Assembly: GCF_963921235.1 (NCBI RefSeq)
Contig: NC_086124.1
Span: 24,056,001-24,120,000, forward strand
Origin: Mobula hypostoma
Taxonomy: Eukaryota
DNA length: 64,000 nucleotides
Reading direction: 5' to 3'
Shown here: piece by piece, positions 21,301 through 32,730 of the stretch
Position numbering within the stretch: the first letter of the stretch is position 1
Layout: each line of letters begins with the position of its first letter
Program-made: the position numbers and the translations under genes
Notes under the pieces: model-generated
Told to the model about the DNA's origin: nothing
The model's input: only the letters and a program-made list of their open reading frames with translations
Databases searched by the model: none

Positions 21301-24275
21301 CCGTGTCAGTCACCGGGCTCTCACTGCCCCGCGTTCTCCCCCCAGCCCCGCGTCAGTCACCGGGCTCTCACTGCTCCGCGTTCTCCCCTCAGCCCCGTGT
21401 CAGTCACCGGGCTCTCACTGCCCCGCGTTCTCCCCCCAGCCCCGTGTCAGTCACCGGGCTCTCACTGCCCCGCGTTCTCCCTTCAGCCCCGTGTCAGTCA
21501 CCGGGCTCTCACTGCCCCGCGTTCTCCCTTCAGCCCCGCGTCAGTCACCGGGCTCTCACTGCCCCGCGTTCTCCCCCCAGCCCCGTGTCAGTCACCGGGC
21601 TCTCACTGCCCCGCGTTCTCCCTTCAGCCCCGTGTCAGTCACCGGGCTCTCACTGCCCCGCGTTCTCCCCTCAGCTCCGTGTCAGTCACCGGGCTCTCAC
21701 TGCCCCGCGTTCTCCCTTCAGCCCCGCGTCAGTCACCGGGCTCTCACTGCCCCGCGTTCTCCCTTCAGCCCCGCGTCAGTCACCGGGCTCTCACTGCCCC
21801 GCGTTCTCCCTTCAGCCCCGCGTCAGTCACCGGGCTCTCACTGCCCCGCGTCCCCCCCCCCAGCCCCGTATCAGTCACCGGGCTCTCACTGCCCCGCTCT
21901 CTCCCCTCAGCCCCGTGTCAGTCACCGGGCTCTCACTGCCCCGCTCTCTCCCCTCAGCCCCGTGTCAGTCACCGGGCTCTCACTGCCCCGCGTTCTCCCC
22001 CCAGCCCCGTGTCAGTCACCGGGCTCTCACTGCCCCGCTCTCTCCCCTCAGCCCCGTGTCAGTCACCGGGCTCTCACTGCCCCGCGTTCTCCCCCCAGCC
22101 GCGCGTCAGTCACCGGGCTCTCACTGCCCCGCGTTCTCCCTCCAGCCCCGTGTCAGTCACCGGGCTCTCACTGCCCCGCGTTCTCCCCCCAGACCCGTGT
22201 CAGTCACTGGGCTCTCACTGCCCCGCGTTCTCCCCCCAGCCCCGTGTCAGTCACCGGGCTCTCACTGCCCCGCGTTCTCCCTTCAGCCCCGCGTCAGTCA
22301 CCGGGCTCTCACTGCCCCGCGTTCTCCCCTCAGCCCCGCGTCAGTCACCGGGCTCTCACTGCCCCGCGTTCTCCCCTCAGCCCCGCGTCAGTCACCGGGC
22401 TCTCACTGCCCCGCGTTCTCCCCCCAGCCCCGTGTCAGTCACCGGGCTCTCACTGCCCCGCGTTCTCCCCCCAGCCCCGCGTCAGTCACCGGGCTCTCAC
22501 TGCTCCGCGTTCTCCCCTCAGCCCCGTGTCAGTCACCGGGCTCTCACTGCCCCGCGTTCTCCCCCCAGCCCCGTGTCAGTCACCGGGCTCTCACTGCCCC
22601 GCGTTCTCCCTTCAGCCCCGTGTCAGTCACCGGGCTCTCACTGCCCCGCGTTCTCCCCTCAGCCCCGTGTCAGTCACCGGGCTCTCACTGCCCCGTGTTC
22701 TCCCCCCAGCCCCGCGTCAGTCACCGGGCTCTCACTGCCCCGCGTCCCCCCCCCCCCCAGCTCCGCGTCAGTCACCGGGCTCTCACTGCCCCGCGTTCTC
22801 CCCTCAGCCCCGTGTCAGTCACCGGGCTCTCACTGCCCCACTCTCACCCCTCAGCCCCGCGTCAGTCACCGGGCTCTCACTGCCCGCGTTCTCCCCCCAG
22901 CCCCGTGTCAGTCACCGGGCTCTCAGTGCCCCGCGTTCTCCTCTCAGCCCCGTGTCAGTCACCGGGCTCTCACTGCCCCGCGTTCTCCCCCCAGCCCCGT
23001 GTCAGTCACCGGGCTCTCACTGCCCCGCTTTCTCCCCTCAGCCCCGTGGCAGTCACCGGGCTCTCACTGCCCCGCTCTCTCCCCTCAGCCCCGCGTCAGT
23101 CACCGGGCTCTCACTGCCCCGCGTTCTCCCCCCAGCCCCGTGTCAGTCACCGGGCTCTCACTGCCCCGCTCTCTCCCCTCAGCCCCGTGTCAGTCACCGG
23201 GCTCTGACTGCCCCGCGTTCTCCCCCCAGCCCCGTGTCAGTCACCGGGCTCTCACTGCCCCGCTCTCTCCCCTCAGCCCCGTGTCAGTCACCGGGCTCTC
23301 ACTGCCCCGCTCTCTACTCTCAGCCCCGTGTCAGTCACCGGGCTCTCACTGCCCCGCGTTCTCCTCTCAGCCCCGTGTCAGTCACCGGGCTCTCACTGCC
23401 CCGCTCTCACCCCTCAGCCCCGCGTCAGTCACCGGGCTCTCACTGCCCGCGTTCTCCCCCCAGCCCCGTGTCAGTCACCGGGCTCTCAGTGCCCCGCGTT
23501 CTCCTCTCAGCCCCGTGTCAGTCACCGGGCTCTCACTGCCCCGCGTTCTCCCTTCAGCCCCGCGTCAGTCACCGGGCTCTCACTGCCCCGCGTTCTCCCC
23601 CCAGCCCCGTGTCAGTCACCGGGCTCTCACTGCCCCGCTCTCTCCCCTCAGCCCCGTGTCAGTCACCGGGCTCTCACTGCCCCGCTCTCTCCCCTCAGCC
23701 CCGCGTCAGTCACCGGGCTCTCACTGCCCCGCGTTCTCCCTTCAGCCCCGCGTTCTCCCTTCAGCCCCGCGTCAGTCACCGGGCTCTCACTGCCCCGCGT
23801 TCTCCCCCCAGCCCCGTATCAGTCACCGGGCTCTCACTGCCTCGCTCTCTCCCCTCAGCCCCGTGTCAGTCACCGGGCTCTCACTGCCCCGCTCTCTCCC
23901 CTCAGCCCCGTGTCAGTCACCGGGCTCTCACTGCCCCGCGTTCTCCCCCCAGCCCCGTGTCAGTCACCGGGCTCTCACAGCCCTGTGTCCCTGCCCCACT
24001 CTCTCCCCTCAGCCCCGTGTCAGTCACCGGGCTCTCACAGCCCTGTGTCCCTGCCCCACTCTCTCCCCTCAGCCCCGTGTAAGTCACCGGGCTCTCACTG
24101 CCCCGCTCTCTCCCTTCAGCCCCGCGTCAGTCACCGGGCTCTCACTGCCCCGCGTTCTCCCTTCAGCCCCGCGTCAGTCACCGGGCTCTCACTGCCCCGC
24201 GTTCTCCCTTCAGCCCCGTGTCAGTCACCGGGCTCTCATTGCCCTGTGTCCCTGCCCCACTCTCTCCCCTCAGCC
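12345..24275. repeat. 47-bp GC-rich tandem satellite, about 250 copies; consensus CAGCCCCGTGTCAGTCACCGGGCTCTCACTGCCCCGCGTTCTCCCC(C/T)
   Basis: Period measured directly (e.g. 12787 to 12834). Strongly C-rich on the + strand, with several CpG per unit. Confidence 0.98.
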
Positions 24276-24319
24276 TTGCGTTGTTACAGAGTTGAGAGGA
24301 AACAGGTTCAAGGTGACAG

Positions 24320-24450
24320 GAAAGTGAGAGTAACTCAAATAACCACACGTGTGCAGAAGAGCATTTCTGAACGCATGAAATGCCGACCCTTGAACGTTGA
24401 ATACAACAGCGGAAAGCCACGGAAACACACTCAGTGGCCACTTTATTAGC
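24320..24450 (+). mobile_element. Tc1-derived fragment (right end)
   Basis: gtaactcaaataaccac...gtgcagaagagcatttctgaacgc...cactcagtggccactttattag, the same family as 4285-4695. Confidence 0.65.
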
Positions 24451-24534
24451 GGCGGGCGGCATTTACACTGAGCGTGTATTCTCCGTTTTGTTTTTTGTTA
24501 AGAACTGACGATGTACTTATGGAATCTGGAAAGC

Positions 24535-25182
24535 ATACAAAGCAAAAACTGTTTTATTACTTAAGCTATGATGATTTATAATGAAATTATTTAGTATAGT
24601 GATATATTAATAAGGAATTATTTACAACAAAATTATTTACAGTCAGGCAACTTGTAAAGGTTCAAGTCTTAGCAAATCATTCCTCAGCCGACACCGAAGT
24701 GCCTTCTGGAAACGCGCAGAGTTCCGTTGAAAGGACGGCAAAGTGACCAAAGGATCTTTCTTGGACACTGCCGCTCACTTGATTGTTAGGAAAGCCCGAT
24801 TTCTCTCCGTGGAGGACAGCCTCCTGCTACTCTTCGATGTGAACCGTCCGCCTGGCGTGGAGAGGTGGCCGGAAAATCCTCACCCTCGGCAGCGGCGAGC
24901 TCCTCCACGGTGCTTGTGACGTTGTGGGGCGACCACGGGAGGAGGAAGGTCTGCACTCAGCTCACACCTCTACTGGGGCAAATTGACCTGCAGGTTCCTT
25001 TGCCAGCTCCAGTTCCTCTCCCTCGGGATCGGCCACAGGGCGACGCACCTCCGCAGATAGAGGTTCTTCGCCAGGGAACACACGGGCCGCAGCTGGAATA
25101 GCGAGGGCTCCCCACCGCCATTCATCCCATTGCTGGCTACTGCCTCATGGTCTTGGTGCCTTTCCTCCGGGTCTTCCGGCTC
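24535..25182 (-). other. Candidate terminal exon (cytoplasmic tail/3' UTR) of a minus-strand gene
   Basis: Non-repeat, CpG-rich DNA. Acceptor attctatttctactcaag|G at 25182; AATAAA at 24558-24553 followed by a GT/T-rich element. Confidence 0.45.
24553..24558 (-). terminator. Candidate polyadenylation signal AATAAA
   Basis: Minus strand gtAATAAAacagtttttgctttgtatg. Confidence 0.4.
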
Positions 25183-25412
25183 CTTGAGTAGAAATAGAAT
25201 GTTTAGCCGTCTGCTTCTCTCAAACCGCAGCAAATAAACAATAAACGACGACGCATCCATTGTTCTACCGTGAAGAGGCAAAAAGACAGGCTCCAAGCAG
25301 AACGAGAGGTGAACGAAATGGTCACACCGTCGTGATGAGTGGCCGCTCAGTAGACACTAATGGGGCAACAAGGTAGATCAGGCTACAGGTGCGAGTTGGC
25401 AACAATCGTTAC

Positions 25413-25523
25413 CTTGACAACACTCAAGACCCGGGGGTGGAGGGGGGCGGGGGAGGGAGGGGGTGGCAGCTGCCCTGAGCCAGAAACATGAACTTGAGGC
25501 CAACAACAAAGGGGCAGGCCCAT
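25413..25523 (-). other. Candidate 111-bp internal exon
   Basis: Long polypyrimidine tract ending ctctccag|ATG at 25523; donor AAG|gtaacg at 25413. Open in phase 0 (MGLPLCCWPQVHVSGSGQLPPPPSPAPLHPRVLSVVK) and in phase 1. Confidence 0.45.
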
Positions 25524-25529
25524 CTGGAG

Positions 25530-26130
25530 AGTGAGTGAGTGAGAGAGAGAAAAGGAGATGAAGGGAGAAAGAGAGAGGACAACAGAGAGAGAGAGGGTAG
25601 GAGACAGAGAATGAAGGAGATGTAGAAGGAAAGAGGGAGGACGACAGAGAGGAAGAGGGAGGGAGACAGATAGAGAGGCAAAGGGGAGAAGAGAGGGAGG
25701 TTGGCAGAAAGAGAGGGAGAGGGGGTGTCGGGGCAGATGGGGGAGACAGCAGGCTGGGGAGATGGAGCAAGTGGAGGACTTGGACTTGCGGGGGGAGAGA
25801 TTGAGCGGGGGTGGACAGAGTTCTGGGAAAGAGAGAGGGAGATGAAGAGGGAAAGAGAGGGAGGGGAGAGAGAAGGAGATGAAGGAGGAAAGGAGTGAGG
25901 ACCACAAGAAGGGAGAGAGAGAGAAAGGGAGATAAAGAGAGGGAGAGAGACAGGTGGAGGGGAGGGGGAGTCAGTGCAGGTGGGAGAGATGGAGTGGAGT
26001 AGAGACAGAGTAGGGGCTGATGGGCGTGACGGAGCTGGTGAAGGGGGGGTTGGACAGAGCACTGGGGAAGACAGAGAGGGAGGGAGGGGCAGACAGGGTG
26101 ACTGAGAGAGAGACACACACACACACACCC
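25530..26130. repeat. Polypurine (GA-rich) low-complexity tract ending in (AG)n(AC)n
   Basis: About 600 bp dominated by G and A on the + strand. Confidence 0.9.
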
Positions 26131-26574
26131 ACACATACCCCAATTTATAACACTAATTCTAATCCCTCGGTCCATGACCCTGATCTGGTCCCTAATCTCC
26201 CTCATCTCCAGTCATCATGTTACTCTTTACATCTGTTATAAATTTGCGGTAAAATTTCAGGATTTAGTTTAGGGACTTAGAGTTAGTTCCAGCACATATT
26301 TCCTTTGATAAGGGCACAAAAGTGTTCACGATACTCCAAGTGTAGTCTGACTGATGCTTTAAAAAGCCTCAGCATTGCATCCTTGCTTTTATGTTCTGGT
26401 GCTGTGGAAACGAGAGTTTCCCTCACCGTTGCACCCCGCTCCCTGATCCCCTGCCATTTCTACTCAAGCCATTGATTTCCCTCCAGCAATCTGGGGGCTG
26501 TTCCAATGACAGGAACGGGGAATGGGAGGTCTCAGCTCACCCCCCCCCCCCCACTGAGTGAATCTGCCACTCAC

Positions 26575-26600
26575 CCGAATCTATGTTTGGTTACTCGGGC
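26575..26600 (-). other. Candidate 26-bp cytoplasmic micro-exon
   Basis: ggtttcttttag|GCCCGAGTAACCAAACATAGATTCGG|gtgagt with strong sites on both sides; in phase 1 it reads (G)PSNQT*IR. Confidence 0.45.
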
Positions 26601-26719
26601 CTAAAAGAAACCACAGCGTGAATACTGAATGCAGTAGACTAGACTGGAAAAAATGTAAGTGAATTACTTCTTGCCCCGCAAGGAGTATTCAGGTCCCAAG
26701 ATGGTGGGACGGGAAGAGG

Positions 26720-27235
26720 TCAGAGTATTGTGAGCAGTTTTGGTCCCTTTAACTAAGAAAACATTTGCTGGCATTGGAGGCTCATGAGAATGATCCCGGG
26801 AATGAAAGAGTTAACGTATGAGGAGTGTTTGATTTCTCCGGGCCTGAAGTCACTGGGGATTAGAAGAATGAGGGGGGAGTTTCATTGTAACCTGCCAAAT
26901 AGTGAAAGGCCAAGATAGAGAAGATGTGGAGAGGATGTTTCCTATCGTGGGGGAGTCCAGGACCAGAGGGCACAGCTTCAGAATAGGAGATCACTTTAGA
27001 ATAGAGATGAGGAGGAATTTCTTTAGTGGTGAATCTGTAAAATTCATTGCCGCAGTTGGCTGTGGAGGCAAGTCAACGGGTAATTTAAAGTGGAAGCTGA
27101 TAGGTTCTTGGTTGTCAAAATTTATGGGACAAGGTTGGAGAAAGAGGCAGAGAGGGAAAATGGGAAGATGGAAAGGCAGAACATAATTGATGGGCTGAAT
27201 GGCCTAACACTACTCCTGTGTCTTATGGTCTCTTC
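26720..27235 (+). mobile_element. CR1 3' fragment
   Basis: DVERMFPIVGESRTRGHSFRI...FRIEMRRNFFS and a tcttatgg tail. Confidence 0.8.
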
Positions 27236-28019
27236 TGGCACATGGCAGTTGCAAGAGGAGGTGCTGTGAGAAGGGTGGTGGTGACAATCTGGGGTGACCT
27301 TGTTTTTGTTCGTCCATCGTCGACGTCGATGAGGACCTCGACACCAGATGGTGTCAAGACTAGCGCGTGATTTGGATTTAAGTGAGGGAGAGTTGCGCAG
27401 CGTCAGCCTCACTCTCTCTTCCCAATTCCCATCTGGATCCAGTGGCAAAACAGAGTTGAGACGGCTGGAGGTGGGACTAGGTGCAGTGGATGACCAGGAT
27501 GTCTTCTGTGTCTTGTGCTACTCTACATGTTCCACGACGCTTGCAGAGACCACCTTCTTGACCGTTGGACCTTCCATTGGTCTCGTCCGCTCAATCCACT
27601 GGAGTCTGTCTTCACATGCTGGGATAGACAACTTCCTATCTCACCAAGGGTTTGAGACCCGTCGGCTACCCTCACCTGGTTTAGCCAGCTTGTCGAAGCC
27701 GTTGCCCGGGGTGTGGCTGTTGTCGCATGCAAACAGCTACAGGGAGCCACAGGTGAGAGCTGAGTGCCAGGTGGGGACCAAAGGTGGGCTAATGACCTTG
27801 AAAAGGACGTGGCATGTTCCCCCACTAGAGGTGCTAGCCCTCCCTGACACCCCATACACCCCAAAAGGTGTATAAAGTCACTCTTAAGTTGTTTTACTGT
27901 TGTCACATGCACCAAAGTATATAACAGACATTCATGCAGATCATACAGTGCATTGAGGTAGAACAAGGTAAAATAAGAAAAGAATTCAGAATAAAATGTC
28001 ACAGCAACAGAGAATGTTT

Positions 28020-29335
28020 TGCGGGATAGGGAATAAGGTTCAGATGGACTACACTCCAGGGATCTGAATAAAGGTGGCTGTAGAGATCATGGAGACATTA
28101 ATCATGATCTATCAAGAATGACTAGATTTATGAATGGTTCTGGGGTACTGGAAAATTGCAAACGTCACTCCACTCTTCAAGAGGGGAGAGAGGCAAAAGA
28201 AAGGAAATAGTAGGCCAGTTAGTCTGACTGCTGTGGCTGGGAAGATGTTGGAGCCGATTGTCAAGGAAGAGGTTTTGTGAGTACTTGGAGGCACATGATA
28301 AAATAGGCCATGGTTTCCTTAAGGGGATATCTTGCCTGACAAACCTGTTGGAATTCTTTGAGGAAATAACAGGCAGGATAGACAAAGGAGAGTCAGTGGG
28401 TTTTGTGTACTTCGATCTCAGAAGGCCTTTGACAAGTTGCCACACATAAAGCTGCTTAAGAAGATAAGAGCCTGTGGTTTTACAGGAACGATACTCGTGT
28501 AACCCTTAGGCTTGGCGAGCAGATCACTCTCGAGAAAGACACCTCCGGTCCGGCCCAAACTTGAGAAATCTTGTTTGTGCGGATGCTACATGGTGTTCCC
28601 CGTTACAAATCAGTACCACGAGATAACAAACAGTACACAATATGCAATTAAATGATTGAGCTTTATAATTCTTAATTTGACTATGGGGTTAGTAAAGAAA
28701 CAAAAAAAAAAAAATGGGCCCATTCTCATGAAACAGTCTATTTCGCAGCATTGTAGCTCACGGTTTTCCCATCGGTTCATTCTCCCTCGATTTTCTCCCT
28801 GGGCGTCAACTCCCGACCCCCTTCCAAGTCTACAACCTCCCCGTTCTGACATCTTCTCTCTCCATCTTCCGCCGACCCAAAAACCGTGAATTCCTTCTCT
28901 CAGCCCCACAAGAAAAAAACAACATGCCTCTCATTGGATGGTAGACATTCCAAACCCTCATTATCTCTAGTCATAACCCAAACATTGCTGCTACAGAAAA
29001 ACCATTACATTAGCAGCGAAACCTTACAGCACGTTACACTAGCATGGAGAAAGCAGTGGCTGATTGGCAGGTGACAAAGAGTGGGAATTAAGGCAGCCTT
29101 TTCTGGTTGGCTGCCAGTGACTAGTGGTGTTCCACAAGGGACAGTGTTGGGACCGATTCTTTCTTCTTTATATGTCACTGAGTTGGATGACGGAATTGAT
29201 GGCTTTGTTGCAAAGTTTGCAGATGATATGAAAGTAGATGGAGGGGCATGTAGTTTTCAAGAAGTAGAGGGGCTACAAAAGAATTTAGACAGATTAAGAG
29301 AGTGGACAAAGAAGTGGCACATGGAATACAGTGTC
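28020..29335 (+). mobile_element. CR1 ORF2 fragment interrupted by a solo LTR
   Basis: WKIANVTPLFK, CLTNLLEFFEEIT, then after the insert [16 protein letters not shown] and KFADD. Confidence 0.85.
28498..29038 (-). mobile_element. Solo LTR (541 bp)
   Basis: Termini tgtaac...gttaca; 4-bp flanks ctcg/ctag; it splits the CR1 sequence gatact|agcatgg. Confidence 0.75.
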
Positions 29336-29469
29336 AGGATACACTGGCCAAATTCAGGAAATTGGGAGATGCTGAGGGGGTACCCTGGTTTTCATGGATT
29401 GGCTGGGCCAAAAGGACTGTATCCATGCTGGATTGCTCTATGTCTTTCTGAAACTCTATGATATGAGGT

Positions 29470-31310
29470 AGAAGCTCATGAGGTTGAAAACCCCAAGGCA
29501 TTCTACCAGTATGTGAAGAGCGAGAGGATAAGATGTGAGAGAATAGGACCAATCAGGTGTGACAGTGGAAAAGTGTGTATGGAAGAGGAGGAGATAGCAG
29601 AGGTACTTAATGAATACTTTGCTTCAGTATTCACTATGGAAAAGGATCTTGGCGATTGTAGGCATGCCTTGCAGCAGACTGAAAAGCTTGAGCATGTAGA
29701 TATTAAGGAAGAGGATGTGTTGGAGCTCTTGGAAAGCATCAAGTTGGATAAGTCATCAGGACCGGACAAGATGTACCCCAAGCTACTGTGGGAAGCGAGG
29801 GAGGAGATTGCTGAGCCTCTGGCGATGATCTTTGCATCATCAATGGGGACGGGAGAGGTTCCAGAGGATTGGAGGGTTGCGGATGTTCTCTCTTATTCAA
29901 GAAAGAGAGTAGGGATAGCCCATGAAATTATAGACCAGTGAGTCTTACTTCAGTGGTTGGTAAGTTGAAGGAGAAGATCCTGAGATACAGGACTTATAAA
30001 CATTTGGAGAGATATAACACGTGTAGGAACAGCCAGCATGGCTTTGTGAAAGGCAGGTCATGCCTTACGAGCCTGATTGAATTTTTTGAGGATGGGACTA
30101 GACACATTGATGAAGGTAGAGCAGTAGATGTAGTGTATATGGATTTCAGCAAAGCATTTGATAAGGTACCCCATGCGAGGCTTATTGAGAAAGTAAGGAG
30201 GCATGGGATCCAAGGGGACATTGCTTTGTGGATCCAGAACTGACTAGCCCACAGAAGGCAAAGAGTGGTTGTAGACGGGTCATTTTTGGCATGGAGGCCG
30301 GTCACCACTGGTGTGCCTGTTCTGGGACCCCTGCTCTTCGTGATTATTATAAATGACCTGGCTGAAGAAGTGGAGGGAATGGGTTAGTAAATTTTGCTGA
30401 TGACACAAAGATTGGGGGTGTTGTGAATAGTGTGGAGGGCTGTCAGAGGTTACAGCAGGCCATTGATAGGATGCAAAACTGGGCTGAGAAATGGCAGCTG
30501 GAGTTCAAACCAGATAAGTGCGAAGTAGTTCATTTTGGTTGGTCAAATATGATGGCAGAATATAGTATTAATGACAAAGCTCTTGGCAGAGTGGATGATC
30601 AGAGGGATCTTGGGGTCTCAGTCCACAGGACACTCAAAGCTGCTGCACAGGTTGACTCTGTGGTTAAGAAAGTTTACGGTGCATTGGCCTTCATCAATTG
30701 TAGGATTGAGTTTAGGAGCCGAGAGGTATTGTTGCAGCTATATACTGTGGGAGCCTGGTCAGACTTGGAGTACTGTGCTCAGTTCTGGTCGCCTCACTGT
30801 AGGAAGGATGCGGAAACCATAGAAAGGGTGCAGAGGAGACTGACAAGGATGTTGCCTGGATTGGGGAGCATGCCTTATGAGAATAGGTTGAGTGAAGTCG
30901 GCCTTTGTTCCTTGGAGTGGTGGAGGATGAGAGGTGACCTGATAGAGGTGTATAAGATGATGAGAGGCATTGATCGTGTGGATAGTCAGAGGCCTTTTCC
31001 CAGGGCTGGAATGGCTAGCATGAGAGGGCACGGTTTTAAGGTGCTTGGAAGTAGGTACAGAGGAGAAGTCAGGGGTAAGTTTTTTTACACAGAGAGTAGT
31101 GAGTGTGTGGAATGGGCTGCCGGCGACGGTGGTGGAGGCGGATACGATAGGGTCTTTTAAGAGATTCCTGGACAGGTACATGAAGCTCAGAAAAATAGAG
31201 GGCTATGTATAACCCTAGGTAATTTCTAAGGTAAGGACATGTTCGGCTCAGCTTTGTGGGCCGACTGGCTTGTATTGTGCTGTAGGTTTCCTATGTTTCT
31301 ATGGTTCTAT
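29470..31310 (+). mobile_element. CR1 LINE ORF2 (RT) with stops and frameshifts, plus 3' tail
   Basis: KSSGPDKMYP, QHGFVKGRSCLTSLIEFF, FADD, LEYCAQFWSP; (TTCTAT)n tail. Confidence 0.92.
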
Positions 31311-32349
31311 TCTCCTTCACCTTGTCTTCTAGGGCAACTTCATGCCTTCTTTTAGCCCTCCTGATTAATTTCTTAAGTGTTCTCTTGCTTTTCTGATACC
31401 CCATAAGCACCTCATTTGTCCCAACCTGCCTATACCTGCCATGCACCTCCCTTTTCTCTTAACCAAGGCCTCATTATCTCTTGAAAACTAAGCTTCCCTC
31501 TACCTGTTACCTTTACCTTTTATTCTGACACATTCTCAAAACGCTTTGTACTCTCAAAATTTCACTTGTGAAGGCCTCCCACTTAACAAGTGCGCCTGTG
31601 CCAGAAAACAGTTTGTCCCAGTCCATTTCTGATACTATCAGAATTGGTCCTTCACCAATTTAGAATCTGAACCCGCAGACCAGACCTATCATTTTGCATA
31701 TTTAGTTTCAAACTAATTGGATTGTGATCACAAGATGCAAAGTGTTCACCTGCACCAGTGATTCCCAACGGGGAGGGGGATGTTATGTGATTTAAGAGGC
31801 CATTAGAGGAAATGGAAGTCGGCCGGGGGCATTCAAGATTCTTAGGGGTGGGGGGAGGACAGTAAGTGGCACCCTAACTTGAGGCTCGAGAGCTGACCAA
31901 CCGTTAGCAGAGTAGGCACTTCCGAAAAAAAGGATGAGGCACTGGAACACAGGAAGAACCACAGCTCAGCAGGCAGTGAGCACCCGTCGTCACAACATGT
32001 CAGAAATTCGACAGTCTCATCCGACCTTACTAGCCAAGCAGACATTACTGCGGATGCATAATTTAGCAACCAGGGTGTCCGACAGCTCCCCTTGACTCAT
32101 GACACAGAACGAGTTCATGCAATTTAACAGTTGATAGGTCAAGTACACCCTCTCAACTTTCTCTACAGATCAATGGAAAACAGGTCACGCAACAATACAG
32201 TGCTGGCCGGAACCAAATAGTGAAATAGAGTCAATTAGTGAACCTGCCAACTCCCAGGATTCCTCGTGAAGTGTTCAAAGTGACCTCGGCTTCTTATGTG
32301 CATTCAAGAACCACCTTTGGGCATTGTGAGACCTTACTTGATTGATCAA

Positions 32350-32730
32350 TCACTCCAACTGGAATAGTACACACATTCTTTCTCTCACTCTCCTTTTTCT
32401 CCCTCTTTTCCTCTGACTATACCCCTTGCCCATCCTCTGGGTTTCTCCCCCCCCGCCACCCCCTTTTCCTTCTCCCTGGGCCTCCTGTCCCATGATCCTC
32501 TCATATCCCTTTTGCCAATCACCTGTCCAGCTCTTGGCTCCATCCCTCCCCCTCCTGTCTTCTCCTATCATTTTGGATCTCCCCCTCCCCCTCCCACTTT
32601 CAAATCTCTTACTAGCTCTTCCTTCAGTTAGTCCTGACAAAGGGTCTCGTCCTGAAACGTCGACTCTACCTCTTCCTAGAGATGCTGCCTGGCCTACTGC
32701 GTTCACCAGCAACTTTGATGTGTGTTGATA
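32350..32730 (+). mobile_element. Penelope-like pLTR fragment nested in the hAT element
   Basis: Homologous to the reverse complement of 10866-11230; the hAT sequence resumes after it (compare 51240-51300). Confidence 0.8.
32630..32665 (+). ncRNA. Hammerhead motif with a core mutation (CUGACAA), probably inactive
   Basis: AGTC-CTGACAA-AGGGTCTCGTCCT-GAAACGTC-GACT; the G8 position is changed to A. Confidence 0.5.

Noticed and set aside
12345-24275. Palindromic repeat array superficially like CRISPR
   Set aside because: There are no unique spacers, the units are contiguous, there are no cas genes, and the context is vertebrate.
12322-24449. Giant Pro/Ser-rich ORFs (up to 3392 aa) resembling mucin/extensin proteins
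   Set aside because: The 47-bp unit has no stop codon on the + strand, so all three frames stay open and encode the same cyclic peptide. The starts are GTG/TTG, and there is no unique coding sequence.
25378-26241. Leu/Ser/Pro-rich minus-strand ORFs of 174-275 aa
   Set aside because: Produced by the GA-rich low-complexity tract; only the 111-bp segment bounded by splice sites is retained as a candidate exon.
27240-27880. Non-coding GC-rich segment possibly containing the beta-chain TM exon or a ribozyme
   Set aside because: No hydrophobic phase-1 exon or recognisable ribozyme core was found. It looks like an interspersed LINE-UTR-type repeat, but I could not assign the family.
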